This document shows, piece after piece, positions 17,553-28,102 of a stretch of DNA of 64,000 nucleotides. Both the position numbers and the translations under genes were made by a program. The notes under the pieces are model-generated. The model did not search any database and had not been told where the DNA came from. It saw nothing but the letters and a program-made list of their open reading frames with translations. The stretch is taken from the NCBI GenBank assembly GCA_963676415.1, contig OY781097.1, positions 1,160,240 to 1,224,239 on the forward strand, read 5' to 3'. This stretch comes from Bacteroidales bacterium (GTDB taxonomy: Bacteria > Bacteroidota > Bacteroidia > Bacteroidales > WRLA01). How positions within the stretch are numbered: the stretch's first letter is position 1; each line of letters opens with the position of its first letter.

Positions 17553-18743
17553 TTATTTAATCACGTTGAGTTCTTTCCCCACCTTAATAAAAGCATTGAT
17601 TGCTTTATCGAGATGAGCTACCTCATGTCCGGCAGAAAGCTGCACACGGATACGGGCCTGTCCTTTTGGCACCACAGGATAGTAGAAACCAATAACATAA
17701 ATGCCTTCATCGAGCAGTTTGGCGGCAAAATCCTGGCTCAGTTTGGCATCGTAGAGCATAATGGCACATATTGCTGATGCCGTGGGTTTGATATCGAAAC
17801 CGGCATCCTTCATTTTGCCCATGAAATAGTCGGTATTGCTGTGCAGTTTATCTTGCAGCTCGGTAGTTTCGTTCATCATATCAAACATACGGATACCGGC
17901 ATTTACCACTACAGGAGGAATGGAATTAGAGAAAAGATACGGGCGTGAGCGCTGGCGCAGCATTTCAATAATTTCTTTGCGGCCGGTAGTAAAACCGCCA
18001 ATAGCACCGCCAAAAGCTTTACCCAGCGTTCCGGTGATGATATCTACTTCGCCACGGATATCAAAAAGCTCGGTAACGCCACGGCCAGTTTTACCCACAA
18101 CTCCTGCTGAGTGGCACTCATCCACCATAATCATGGCATCGTATTTTTTGGCCAGCTCATTGATTTTGTCCATTGGGGCCACATTGCCGTCCATGGAGAA
18201 AACACCATCGGTAACGATCAGGCGGAAACGCTGTGCCTGTGCTTCTTTCAGCTTGGCTTCCAGATCTTCCATATTGGCATTTTCGTAGCGGTAACGCTGC
18301 GCTTTACAGAGGCGCACACCATCAATAATGGAAGCATGGTTGAGCGAATCGGAGATGATGGCATCTTCGGCGGTAAGGATGGGTTCAAAAACACCGCCAT
18401 TAGCATCAAAAGCCGCAGCATAAAGGATGGTGTCTTCAGTACCGAAGAATTCCGCAATTTTACGCTCCAGGGTTTTGTGCAGGTCTTGCGTACCGCAAAT
18501 AAAACGAACAGATGACATACCGTAGCCATGTGTATCAAGAGCATCTTTAGCCGCTTTGATCAGCTCGGGATGGTTGGAAAGGCCGAGATAGTTATTGGCA
18601 CAAAAGTTCAATACATCCTGACCGGTAGTAAGGGAAATATCCGCTTTTTGCGGAGAATTAATAATGCGTTCTTCTTTGTAGAGTCCTGCTTCACGAATGT
18701 CAGCAATCTCTTTCTGAAGGTGTTCTTTGATTTTACCGTACAT
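17553..18743 (-). CDS. kbl: 2-amino-3-ketobutyrate CoA ligase (glycine C-acetyltransferase)
   Basis: 396 aa. NYLGLSNHPELI, DGVFSMDG, and the PLP-lysine context ITGTLGKAFGG. Class-II aminotransferase of Kbl type. Confidence 0.9.
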   Translation of the reverse strand: MYGKIKEHLQKEIADIREAGLYKEERIINSPQKADISLTTGQDVLNFCANNYLGLSNHPELIKAAKDALDTHGYGMSSVRFICGTQDLHKTLERKIAEFFGTEDTILYAAAFDANGGVFEPILTAEDAIISDSLNHASIIDGVRLCKAQRYRYENANMEDLEAKLKEAQAQRFRLIVTDGVFSMDGNVAPMDKINELAKKYDAMIMVDECHSAGVVGKTGRGVTELFDIRGEVDIITGTLGKAFGGAIGGFTTGRKEIIEMLRQRSRPYLFSNSIPPVVVNAGIRMFDMMNETTELQDKLHSNTDYFMGKMKDAGFDIKPTASAICAIMLYDAKLSQDFAAKLLDEGIYVIGFYYPVVPKGQARIRVQLSAGHEVAHLDKAINAFIKVGKELNVIK

Positions 18744-18850
18744 AATTAATATTTTTTGGAAAGGAATACTTCGTTAAAATTCTTTGATGCAAATATAAAG
18801 GATTCGGGGGATTTGAGGATTGGAGAATCATGTTATTGTTTGGTCAAACA

Positions 18851-20880
18851 GACAAAGAATATGACCCCTTTGGGGTCAGCTCTTTAACTTATGTTTCTTG
18901 TTACAAATATTCAATCCCTCCGGGATTGTTTTGCTTTCGCAACCCGTTTTTCCCTGATGCGGTAATCCCATGCAATGAAGACATTAAAAGACCCCGAAGG
19001 GGTCATATAGCTATATTACGCATAGTCAACTTACTAAAACGACCCAAAAAGGGGTCGCATATCTAATATCAGCAGAAGCTTCGAGATTATTCTTCCGAAA
19101 GCTTTCGGAATTGAAACCTGTTACTTCGGCAAGCTCAGCACAGGCATTCCGTTCAGACGGGACTCCTTATTTTCAATACAAAAAATGCCTCGACTTTAGC
19201 TGAATTAACATTTTTGATGCACCTGCAAGCTCATGAACCTATGATTCTTGTTATAAACATTCAATCCCTCTGGGATTGTTTTGCTTTCGCAACCCGTTTA
19301 TTCCTGATGCGGTAATCTCATGCAATGCAGACATCAAAAGACCCTGAAGGGGTCATATAACTCTATATTAGGCATGGTCAACTTACCAAAAACGACCCCA
19401 AAAGGGGTCGCATATTAGTTTCTGAGCAAAATACAACTCAATCATCAAATAAGTATTCCCTCCTAAAATCAATATTATATTCCTCCAGAAAACGATGATA
19501 TTCTTCCTTGAAGCTTTTGTTCCGATGGTGTTCCTTTTGATTTTCTATATATTTATCAACCTTTGAAAGGTCTGAATGACTATACGAAAAAGCGCCAAAA
19601 CCCTCCTGCCATTCAAACTTAAACTTAGTAAAACCTTTTTCTTTGATAAATTTATTGGACGACTTCTTTACTTCACGAACGAGATCCGAAAGACAACAGC
19701 TTGGCTTCATACCTATTAGGATATGAATATGATCAGAAACACCATTAACCCTAATCAATTTTTGACCTTTGTTGGTGATTATACCTGTAATGTACTTATA
19801 CAATTCATTTTCCCAATGCGATTGTATTAATTTCTTTCTGCCTTTAACGGCAAAAACTATCTGAATATAAATTTGTGAGTAGGTGCTCATTTTTTTAGCT
19901 GAATTAACATTTCTGATGCACCTGCAAGGTAATAAATTAGAGCTAATTTCAAACATTTTTTTAGAATATGACCCCTTTGGGGTCAGCTCTTTAACTTATG
20001 TTTCTTGTTACAAATATTCAATCCCTCCGGGATTGTTTTGCTTTCGCAACCCGTTTTTCCCTGATGCGATAACCCCATGCAATGAAGACATTAAAAGACC
20101 CCGAAGGGGTCATATAACTATATTACGCATAGTCAACTTACTAGATACGACCCCAAAAGGGGTCGCATATCTAATGTCAGCCAAAACTTCGGGATTATTC
20201 TTCCGAAAGCTTTCGGAATTGAAGCCTGTTACTTTGGCAAGCTCAGCACAGGTATTCCGTTCAGACGGGACTCCTTATTTTCAATACAAAAAATGCCTCG
20301 ACTTTAGCTGAATTAACATTTTTGATGCACCTGCAAGCTCATGAACCTATATTTGTTGTTATAAATATTCAATCCCTCCGGGATTGTATTGCTTTCACAA
20401 ACCATTTTTCCTGATGCGGCAATCTCATGCAACGCAGATATCAAAAGACCCCGAAGGGGTCATATAACTATATTACGCATAGCCAACTTACCAAAAACGA
20501 CCCCAAAAGGGGTCGCATATCTAATATCAGCAGAAGCTTCGAGATTATTCTTCCGAAAGCTTTCGGAATTGAAACCTGTTACTTCGGCAAGCTCAGCACA
20601 GGCATTCCGTTCAGACGGGACTCCTTATTTTCAATACAAAAAATGCCTGGACTTTAGCTGAATTAACATTTTTGATGCACCTGCAAGCTCATGAACTTAT
20701 GTTTGTTGTTATAAATATTCAATCCCTCCGGGATTGTATTGCTTTCACAAACCATTTTTCCTGACGCGGCAATCTCATGCAACGCAGATATCAAAAGACC
20801 CCGAAGGGGTCATATAACTATATTAAGCATGGTCAACTTACCAAAAACGACCCCAAAAGGGGTCGCATATCTAATGTCAA
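18851..20880. repeat. Array of ~5 composite repeat units (~350-390 bp each, some partial) rich in GACCCC-N-GGGGTC and TTCCGAAAGCTTTCGGAA hairpins; REP/BIME-like
   Basis: Units start near 18851, 19241 (partial), 19967, 20346 and 20696. Each carries tgacccctttggggtca, gaccccgaaggggtc, cgacccc(a)aaaggggtcg and ttccgaaagctttcggaa (e.g. 18862-18878, 18990-19004, 19040-19057, 19093-19110). Confidence 0.85.
19438..19890 (-). CDS. IS200/IS605-like Y1 (HUH) transposase, REP-associated tyrosine transposase (RAYT)-like
   Basis: MSTYSQIYIQIVFAVKGR..., HUH motif SDHIHILIG, catalytic Tyr helix DKYIENQKEHH. It is embedded in the repeat array. ATG at 19890 is preferred because the track start at 19956 lies in repeat sequence. 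Confidence 0.8.
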   Translation of the reverse strand: MSTYSQIYIQIVFAVKGRKKLIQSHWENELYKYITGIITNKGQKLIRVNGVSDHIHILIGMKPSCCLSDLVREVKKSSNKFIKEKGFTKFKFEWQEGFGAFSYSHSDLSKVDKYIENQKEHHRNKSFKEEYHRFLEEYNIDFRREYLFDD

Positions 20881-20889
20881 TCACAAGCA

Positions 20890-23800
20890 CTACTTAATTT
20901 CCACCCTGTTCCCTTTCGAATGCGCTTCAAACTCAGGAGCATAGAGGCACTGGGCACTGGCTAAACCATTGCTAAAATTGCCTTTTTGAGCTGCAATCAG
21001 GGTATATTCAAACTGATGCATGCCTTTGCTCAAATAATAGACAAAGAAATTTGCTGTGGCATCTTTCATATCCAGATAATAGCCATTGCCACTGTTCCAG
21101 AAATAGCCTGAACGGCTGCTTTCCTGCTCCAGTCCGGCAGCATGATAATCGCGGATGTGCACATATTCCAGTTTACGGTCTGTTTCCACGCTCAAACGCA
21201 CAACAACACGGTCTCCGGGATTGATTGCCATTCCTTCCTCCAAAGGGGTCAGGTTGCCACTTGCTGATTCCAGGAAATAGTCTCTGTCAATACTCATCGG
21301 GCTTTCATGCGCTTCGGCTTTATCCAGTCCTACCATAAAACTCAGGTAGGCAGCGCCCCAGGAAGGGACTTTACCGCTGTTTGTGGCTTTAATCGCTTCA
21401 ATTTGCGGATGATCCACTTTTTGATGGCTCCATTGCTTCTTAAAATATCCTGTTCCGGCTTCTTTCTGAACCTTCAGTTCATGATAGGTTCCGTTCTCCT
21501 TCAGACTGACTTTTAGGTTATCCTCATCTTCGAGAAGTTTTGTGCCCTTCATCAAAAGCGCATAACAGGCATCAGCAGTATTGCTGTTGGACCTCCAGCT
21601 TCCGGTCTGCTTTTGTTTCAACAGCCAAACCTTCATTTGTTCCACTTCTTCGGGGAAAAGGCCATTTTTGGTGAAAAGCTCGATCACTTTCACCTGTTGG
21701 CCTACACCATCGGAATACCAGAACCAGCCTTGCGCATGGCGCCAGTACATGCCCATTTCATCGCTGTGAAGTGCGCGCTCGCGTATGCTGCGTACCAATT
21801 CGTTGGCGGTTTTGCTTTCGCCGATCATAAAGGCCCAGTTGGCAATTTTTGCCTGCATGTAAATACTGTACTCAAAACATTTTTCAAGCGTTCTGGCTTT
21901 AAAAAACTCATAAACCTCATCAAAACCATCTATATTTTTCCTTGGTGCATAGCCCAGTTTTTCGGCAGTTTGCTTCATCTCAAGCCATGCAATCACATTT
22001 GGCGAAGGCTGGTATTTTTCCGGATCAAAACTTTTGCGCTCCTTCATTTTCTGATAGTATCCGATCATTTCCCGGTCCAGATATGTCATGGCCGAACGGA
22101 TGATGTTGTTTGAGCGGACCGGCAGTTCCACATCCATTTCGCGCAGGCGCAAGAGTTTATCCATCACATTTATGGTATTCCATGCGGAGGATTCCATACC
22201 ATCAAACCAGCTGAAACCTCCATCACCATTCTGGCGATCGGCCAGTTTATTGAACCATGAATCCATTTTATACGAAACTGTATTCAAGTCAAATAAAGTA
22301 GCCAGACGCAGTTTACGTTCATGATCGTTTTCTGCTTCAAGAACCCAGGGTGTTTCCTTAAGAAGTACTGATTTAAGTTCTTCATTCTTCTGGAGCTGGC
22401 TTAAAAGAGCATCGGGCTGTAGGTTTTTCCATGTCTCAATTACCTGCTGTATGCGTGGTGATGAATGTGCGATATGCGAAGAAACCGCAGTGGCATAATA
22501 TGCATTGGCCAAACTAAAAACACTTTCATACGAAGGCTGGGCCAAAGCGGGCAATGCCTGAACAGCATACCAGGCAGGGTTTCCGGTAAACTCGAGGGTA
22601 AGCCTGAAATCTTCAACTTCCTGTTTCTTCAAAGAATTATACCATTTTTCCAGCTCAATTTCCTTTTCCTGGCCGGGATTTACATATATCGGCATACTTT
22701 CGGTCATGGCCACACGATTGGTCAAAACCGGGACAATTTTCTGTTCCCCGTCCTGATGCTTTTCGGTTTCGGCGAAAACGGCAATCTGCAAAGGCATTTC
22801 TGCCTCCGGAACTTTTAATTTCCATGCAGCAGCAGCCGAAGCATGGGCTTCCATATTCAGCTCCAAGGTTTTATTGCTTTCAAGAACCTCATTGGTGATG
22901 TCCTTCCCATTGACAGGGTTTACAATCTGTATCCATGCCTTTGCGACACAAGCCTCATCAGTTTTATTGCGGATTAATGCCGGGAGTTCCATTTCATCTC
23001 CTTCGCGGAGGAAACGTGGCAGGTTAGGAAAGACCATCAGTTCTTTTGTGGTGATGGCTTCTTTGCTTGTCATCGCTGTTTCGAGATCCTTTGTATAAGC
23101 CATCATCCTGAATTTCCATGCCGTTAATGCTTCGGGCGCGGTAAATTCGATGAGCACATCTCCTTTCTCATTGGTTCGGAGATCGGGATAGAAAAAGACT
23201 GTTTCGTTGAGGTTTGTGCGTGGTGCAGGCGGGGTTTTTTCTTTTGGCTGTTTCGGCTCAGGTGGCAAAGCTCCTCCTTTGTCATTCTCTTCATCAGCAG
23301 CCACATAAATTTCATCACCGGCCATTGAAGGTTGCACTCCTTCAAGCGCCATCGGCATCTCTTTCTCCAAAGATTTTGAACGGTAATAAACCCTCCTTCC
23401 TCCAAAATACAGATCCACAAAATTCAGTTTATCATAGCGCTGTTGCAAATAGGATTGATATCTATAATCTGATCCGTAAAGAACCACAGAAGAAGCCGTA
23501 CCAAAATCACTGAAAAAATCCCGGTTCAACCTATAGAATGGATATTGCACAAAATTCCAGCTATCGGTTGCAAACACATCCAGCGAACGGTCGTACATGC
23601 CCGCCAAAACCGAAGAAGCAAGCTTTTGGCCATCGGGACCGGAAATATGGAAACTCCAGCTTTCTTTGGCTCCGGGCTTCATCTTATCCCTGAACGTTAT
23701 CGTTTTGATATCCAGCTTTTTATTGCTCCACGGAATTTTTATCAGTTTATCATAAGTATAAATGCGGTTTTCACAGATAAACCAGGCGTGCAGGCTCACA

Positions 23801-26800
23801 TTCCCGCGCCACGATTCCTCAACTGTAAATTCCAGTTTTTTAACATCTGCATGAAGCTTCAGCTCATCTTTCTTGATGATTTTATCGTCTTGCCTGATTT
23901 CATATGCCATCAGCACATCCTTTTTCGAGCTTCCGGCAAAGAAAGTAAACACATCGCCCGGCTGGAGTTCCTTATCAGGATACACATAAAACCACGACCA
24001 ATCGGTATAGGGCATTTTGCGGCTTTTGGGGTTGATCAGCAGCACATCTGCCGAATCGCTTATGGTTTTTCCATCCACTTCTGATGAAACAATTATGCGG
24101 TACATGCCCGCTTTTTGTTTATCCAGTCCGGCATAGGTTTGCAGATCATCAGCCTTCCCGGTTTTTAATTCAGCTTCAAAAAGCTGCTTCTCTTTTATGA
24201 AATCCGGCTTTTCACCGCTCCTGTAAGCAATATCACTTTGATAACCCCCTTTTGCATCCCTGTAATTTGTTCTCCAGGAAGAAAACAATGACGGCCTTGC
24301 CAGCCCGTTTTCAGAAGCCAGGCTGTACAGCTCAATTTTAGCAGAAACCACCACAGATTCTTCATTCAAATTGATCGCACGAACATTTACTTTGCTCAGT
24401 TCATTGGTCAGCATGCTTTGAGGAGCATTTAGTTTCAGGAAGAATGGCTGATCTCCAATACTGATATTGATCTCATCGGAGCGGGTTTCTCCGGCGGGCG
24501 TTACAACATCTACAAAAACCCTGAACTGGTAATTGCGCCATGATGCTGTTTTAAATTCCGATTTTCGGGCGATAAAAGGAATTTCAAAATTCCCATCAGC
24601 GTCGGTCTGGCTTTCGCCGGATGCTATTTCTTCTGGCATATTTTGTTTCACATAAAACCAATAAAACGGTGACCATTCCACACGCTCCACCCTATACCGG
24701 ACCGTCGAGTTTTCTATCGGAAGCTGATTGAAGGTTTTTGCTTCTCCTTTCACCACAACTTCTTCTCCCAGTTTTAAAGTTGTTTTGGGTTGTTGCAGCG
24801 AAACTTCAAATGTTGGCCGTTTATATTCCTCAACCCGGATACTATGATAACCATATTCATTGCTCAGGCTCATGCTTCCGTTTAACAATCCTTCCGGGAT
24901 ATGGAAACTTCCGTCAACTGCACCATACTCATTGGTCACCAGCTCCTTTTCTCCTATCACTTTGTGATTTACATCATAAAAAATAATCTTCGTTTTGTGA
25001 TCGGTCAAAAGTTTAAAAGCATCATCTTCCTTCTGTGTGATGATTGCCTTAAAAAAGACCTGCTGGCCCGGTCGATAGATAGCACGATCAGTAAAAAACC
25101 AGCTTCTTGGTTTATCCACAGACTCATAGGAACGGGTTTTATACAGGTCCCTCTGTGATAGGAATGCATCATCACCTTTGTTCAGGAACACCTTACAGGA
25201 CGAACGGGAGCTCAGTTCCGCTTTCGCTTTTCCGGATGCATCCGAAAGACGCTTTACTGATTTTCTGGAACTGCCATAAACAGGTAAAAGCTCAATATCC
25301 ACATTTGGCAAAACCGCTCCACTTTTTCTGTTTCGGGTGATAATGGTATAATCATTTTCGTATTTCTCAGCAACAAAAGCCAGTTCCGTTACCCAGAAAT
25401 CAGTCCAGCTTGTGATTGCGTTCTTTGTAGGTGTCGGATTTTCCTCAGCGGAGGCAATCAAAACATAAAGTCCCTTTTGCAATTCGGGCAGGAAGGTTTT
25501 TAAAGTGACTTCCGCATAATCCTCAATCCCCTCTTTGCGGATATGCCACTTTTTTAAAGGTTCATCTTGAGATATTCTTTCAATATCCTTTCGGTCAAAA
25601 GAATAATTTCTGGTTTTGAGCAGGTTTTCAGGATCAACTTTATAAACAGTCAACCATAAAGTATCCAAATTGCGGCAATAAACCAATGCAGGCATTTCTT
25701 CCCCGGGCAGGCTGGCATACTCTGTTTCAAGGCCGAGGCTTTTTTCAAGCAGTTTTCCTTTCAAAACAGTGGCGTTATGAGCAGCGCGGCTCCCGGTATA
25801 ATCGCTTATCAATTCATTGCAAATTTTCATTGCGCGGATATTGTTTTGGTCAATGCCATCAAGGGATGTAACAGAAATTTCTGAAAGGGCACGGGCCAAT
25901 TGAAATTTCACCTCCGCAACATATTTATCTGCCCGCCACTCCTCAACCATAGTTTCTATAGCACTTAAGTAAAGGCTTCCTTGAACGGAACTGAATTTTT
26001 CCTGCACAAAATCTAAACGATGCAGGTCGGCATCCAGCAAAGCCGGAATGTTTTTTGATTGTTTATGGAACTCCAAAATATCTTGATAAATAGCTAATTG
26101 GGCCTGAACCGTATTTTGTTGGTTAAAATCAATTGCCAGAAATTCTTTAAGCGGTGCCATCAATTTTTCCGTATCCTTTACACCTGTCGGGCCGGGCACA
26201 CCAAAAGATGCGGAGAAATCCAGCAGGTCTATAACCTGAAACGCAACAATATCGTAAAGTGTCGGACGAAAAACATCCGAACTGTCTTCTTCCGTAAGCA
26301 AGTTGCGGTATTCGTCTGCCTGGCATTTCTGAAGCTCAGTAGCATTATCAAGTGCCTGAAGGCTTAACTTTTTCACCTGATCTGCAAATTGAGCGGCATT
26401 CCAGTACCGTAAATCCTCCGGGATTTCACCGCTCAGCCTCTGCTTCATCAGCTTATATGAATTGCTTTCTGCATAGGATTTGTACAAGCCGGCCAACATA
26501 ATATCATAGAGGCTCTTTGCTATTGGTCTTGCCTCTTTTACAGCATCTTTAACAAACTCAATCCCTTTGATAACCGGCTCTTCTTCATACATATCCCAAA
26601 GCTGGCATTTATAGGAGGCTGCCTTTATTTCCTGAGCGACCAGTTGCTGTTGTCGTGCCTGCGCATAGATACGGTCCACGATATCCATAGCAGATTGCGG
26701 CCTGCGCTTTTGCATCAGCTCGTCCACTTCTTTCCATTCTTTTGCAAAGGGTTTATCGCCTTCGGGGACATCCGTTGATGTAAGTCCAAAAAGCAGGATA

Positions 26801-26889
26801 CAGGAAACAAAAATCAGGGGCAGGGAAAATTTCTTCTTACTCATAATATGCTGTTTTTTTGATGATCGAAAATTACTCATTTTTTCCAT
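20890..26889 (-). CDS. Alpha-2-macroglobulin-family large protein (no thioester motif seen)
   Basis: ~2000 aa. Repeated MG-domain-like beta modules (e.g. YRPGQQVFFKAI..., GSFHIPEGLLNGSMSL) and a C-terminal alpha/alpha region NGDGGFSWFDG...TADACYALLMKG. The likely true start is MSKKKFSLPLIFVSC (26844), a lipoprotein-like signal. Confidence 0.75.
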   Translation of the reverse strand: MEKMSNFRSSKKQHIMSKKKFSLPLIFVSCILLFGLTSTDVPEGDKPFAKEWKEVDELMQKRRPQSAMDIVDRIYAQARQQQLVAQEIKAASYKCQLWDMYEEEPVIKGIEFVKDAVKEARPIAKSLYDIMLAGLYKSYAESNSYKLMKQRLSGEIPEDLRYWNAAQFADQVKKLSLQALDNATELQKCQADEYRNLLTEEDSSDVFRPTLYDIVAFQVIDLLDFSASFGVPGPTGVKDTEKLMAPLKEFLAIDFNQQNTVQAQLAIYQDILEFHKQSKNIPALLDADLHRLDFVQEKFSSVQGSLYLSAIETMVEEWRADKYVAEVKFQLARALSEISVTSLDGIDQNNIRAMKICNELISDYTGSRAAHNATVLKGKLLEKSLGLETEYASLPGEEMPALVYCRNLDTLWLTVYKVDPENLLKTRNYSFDRKDIERISQDEPLKKWHIRKEGIEDYAEVTLKTFLPELQKGLYVLIASAEENPTPTKNAITSWTDFWVTELAFVAEKYENDYTIITRNRKSGAVLPNVDIELLPVYGSSRKSVKRLSDASGKAKAELSSRSSCKVFLNKGDDAFLSQRDLYKTRSYESVDKPRSWFFTDRAIYRPGQQVFFKAIITQKEDDAFKLLTDHKTKIIFYDVNHKVIGEKELVTNEYGAVDGSFHIPEGLLNGSMSLSNEYGYHSIRVEEYKRPTFEVSLQQPKTTLKLGEEVVVKGEAKTFNQLPIENSTVRYRVERVEWSPFYWFYVKQNMPEEIASGESQTDADGNFEIPFIARKSEFKTASWRNYQFRVFVDVVTPAGETRSDEINISIGDQPFFLKLNAPQSMLTNELSKVNVRAINLNEESVVVSAKIELYSLASENGLARPSLFSSWRTNYRDAKGGYQSDIAYRSGEKPDFIKEKQLFEAELKTGKADDLQTYAGLDKQKAGMYRIIVSSEVDGKTISDSADVLLINPKSRKMPYTDWSWFYVYPDKELQPGDVFTFFAGSSKKDVLMAYEIRQDDKIIKKDELKLHADVKKLEFTVEESWRGNVSLHAWFICENRIYTYDKLIKIPWSNKKLDIKTITFRDKMKPGAKESWSFHISGPDGQKLASSVLAGMYDRSLDVFATDSWNFVQYPFYRLNRDFFSDFGTASSVVLYGSDYRYQSYLQQRYDKLNFVDLYFGGRRVYYRSKSLEKEMPMALEGVQPSMAGDEIYVAADEENDKGGALPPEPKQPKEKTPPAPRTNLNETVFFYPDLRTNEKGDVLIEFTAPEALTAWKFRMMAYTKDLETAMTSKEAITTKELMVFPNLPRFLREGDEMELPALIRNKTDEACVAKAWIQIVNPVNGKDITNEVLESNKTLELNMEAHASAAAAWKLKVPEAEMPLQIAVFAETEKHQDGEQKIVPVLTNRVAMTESMPIYVNPGQEKEIELEKWYNSLKKQEVEDFRLTLEFTGNPAWYAVQALPALAQPSYESVFSLANAYYATAVSSHIAHSSPRIQQVIETWKNLQPDALLSQLQKNEELKSVLLKETPWVLEAENDHERKLRLATLFDLNTVSYKMDSWFNKLADRQNGDGGFSWFDGMESSAWNTINVMDKLLRLREMDVELPVRSNNIIRSAMTYLDREMIGYYQKMKERKSFDPEKYQPSPNVIAWLEMKQTAEKLGYAPRKNIDGFDEVYEFFKARTLEKCFEYSIYMQAKIANWAFMIGESKTANELVRSIRERALHSDEMGMYWRHAQGWFWYSDGVGQQVKVIELFTKNGLFPEEVEQMKVWLLKQKQTGSWRSNSNTADACYALLMKGTKLLEDEDNLKVSLKENGTYHELKVQKEAGTGYFKKQWSHQKVDHPQIEAIKATNSGKVPSWGAAYLSFMVGLDKAEAHESPMSIDRDYFLESASGNLTPLEEGMAINPGDRVVVRLSVETDRKLEYVHIRDYHAAGLEQESSRSGYFWNSGNGYYLDMKDATANFFVYYLSKGMHQFEYTLIAAQKGNFSNGLASAQCLYAPEFEAHSKGNRVEIK

Positions 26890-27108
26890 TCGTCAGGGTG
26901 AAACACAAAAATCGTTCCGTTTTTGGGAATACCAGTGGCATAAATCATTGAGGCTTCGTTTTATGAGTATTGTATAATTCATCAACATAACCGAAATTTC
27001 CCTAACCTGCTCTATTCATAAAATGCAAACAAAATATTATAATCAGCCAAAAATTAGGTTTTTACTAATTTTATATCCTAAAATTGAATTTGTTTGCATT
27101 TTACCAGT

Positions 27109-27223
27109 GCATTAACTTCAGACCATCTGCTTCGTTGCTAAAGCTTTGAAATAGGCTACTATATCTTCAGCTTTAGACGCCTCACATCTGACCTGAATTT
27201 AAAGCATGAATAAAGCAGGCTAA
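27109..27223 (+). repeat. ~115-bp conserved intergenic element, copy 1 (copy 2 at 44888-45000)
   Basis: gcattaa...catctgc.tcgttgctaaagctttgaaa.aggc...tatcttcag.tttagacgcctcacatctgacctgaattta.agcatgaata.agcaggctaa occurs in both copies, same orientation, with an internal hairpin ctaaagc/gctttag. Confidence 0.7.
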
Positions 27224-28102
27224 GAAACATTTCTGGCTGTAATCTAAATATTGGTTGATTCACAGCGCAATTTCCATGGATTAGATAATCAAAGAATATC
27301 GAATTACGACCCGTTTCATATAGAAACCACCTATTTACATAAATTTATAAGGAAGTTTAGATTTCTCCCGGCAACACTCCGCTTTGCTTTGTGTTTTGGT
27401 CGAAATGACCGTTTTTTATTGTCAGGAAGCAGGGGGAGGTTTATGCCTGAAAAGCATTGCCGACTGAGAAATCTATAAGTTTTTTTGAATAAAACTTATA
27501 TTCTTAACAATCATCCGTTATTTAGAATACAGCCACATTTCTTAATACAAAGTAGCTGTGAGATCCGAAACAAATTGCTATTTTTACTGCCATATTTGAT
27601 ATTATGTTCAGACATACAATTTTATATAAGTTTTTACATATACATTGATCCCCTGCATTTGAACCAGATTGGATTCTGTAATTATTAGTCAAATATATTA
27701 TATTTTGAAAAACTATTTTCTATTATATGGCAATAGTTTAAAACTTTCTGGTTCTACTCGTATTTTTTGGGTAATAAGAATTGAGATAGAATTGGAGGTT
27801 ATACTTTTCCAAAGTTTCATTGATTAGTTCTCTAAATATTAATTAGGTATTCAAAACTGTATTCTAACCTTTGAATACTTTAAATGTTTCCATGGAAGGC
27901 AGAGTAGAACCAACTTTTTCTAAAAAGCTAATAATTAACTAACCACAATAACTGGAAAGATGTTTCGTTTATTTAAAGCATATATTATAGCGAAAATAGA
28001 GCATAATGTGCAAAATGACAATAAAAATATTCAAAGTGATAAATATAAAATTCTGATTGAGTGGTAATATTGCACCTATAATTAATCAAATAATTGAATA
28101 TT

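Noticed and set aside
18830-20661. Track ORFs 18830-19066, 19883-20311, 20389-20661 and 20427-20657 (peptides such as YDPFGVSSLTYVSCYKYSIPPGLFCFRNPFFPDA...KRPRRGH)
   Set aside because: They lie entirely within the tandem hairpin repeat units and recur in different frames and truncations from unit to unit. They are better explained as chance frames through REP-like DNA than as genes.
18851-20880. Possible CRISPR array
   Set aside because: The repeat units are ~350-390 bp, internally complex and directly abutting. There are no short constant repeats alternating with unique spacers, and no cas genes in the window.
26893-26910. Shared motif GTTTCACCC(C)TG upstream of the A2M start, and upstream of both 187-aa genes (~46000, ~57865), as a common promoter or RBS element
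   Set aside because: There are only three occurrences, two of which belong to the duplicated cassette and are therefore not independent. The spacing to the start codons also differs.
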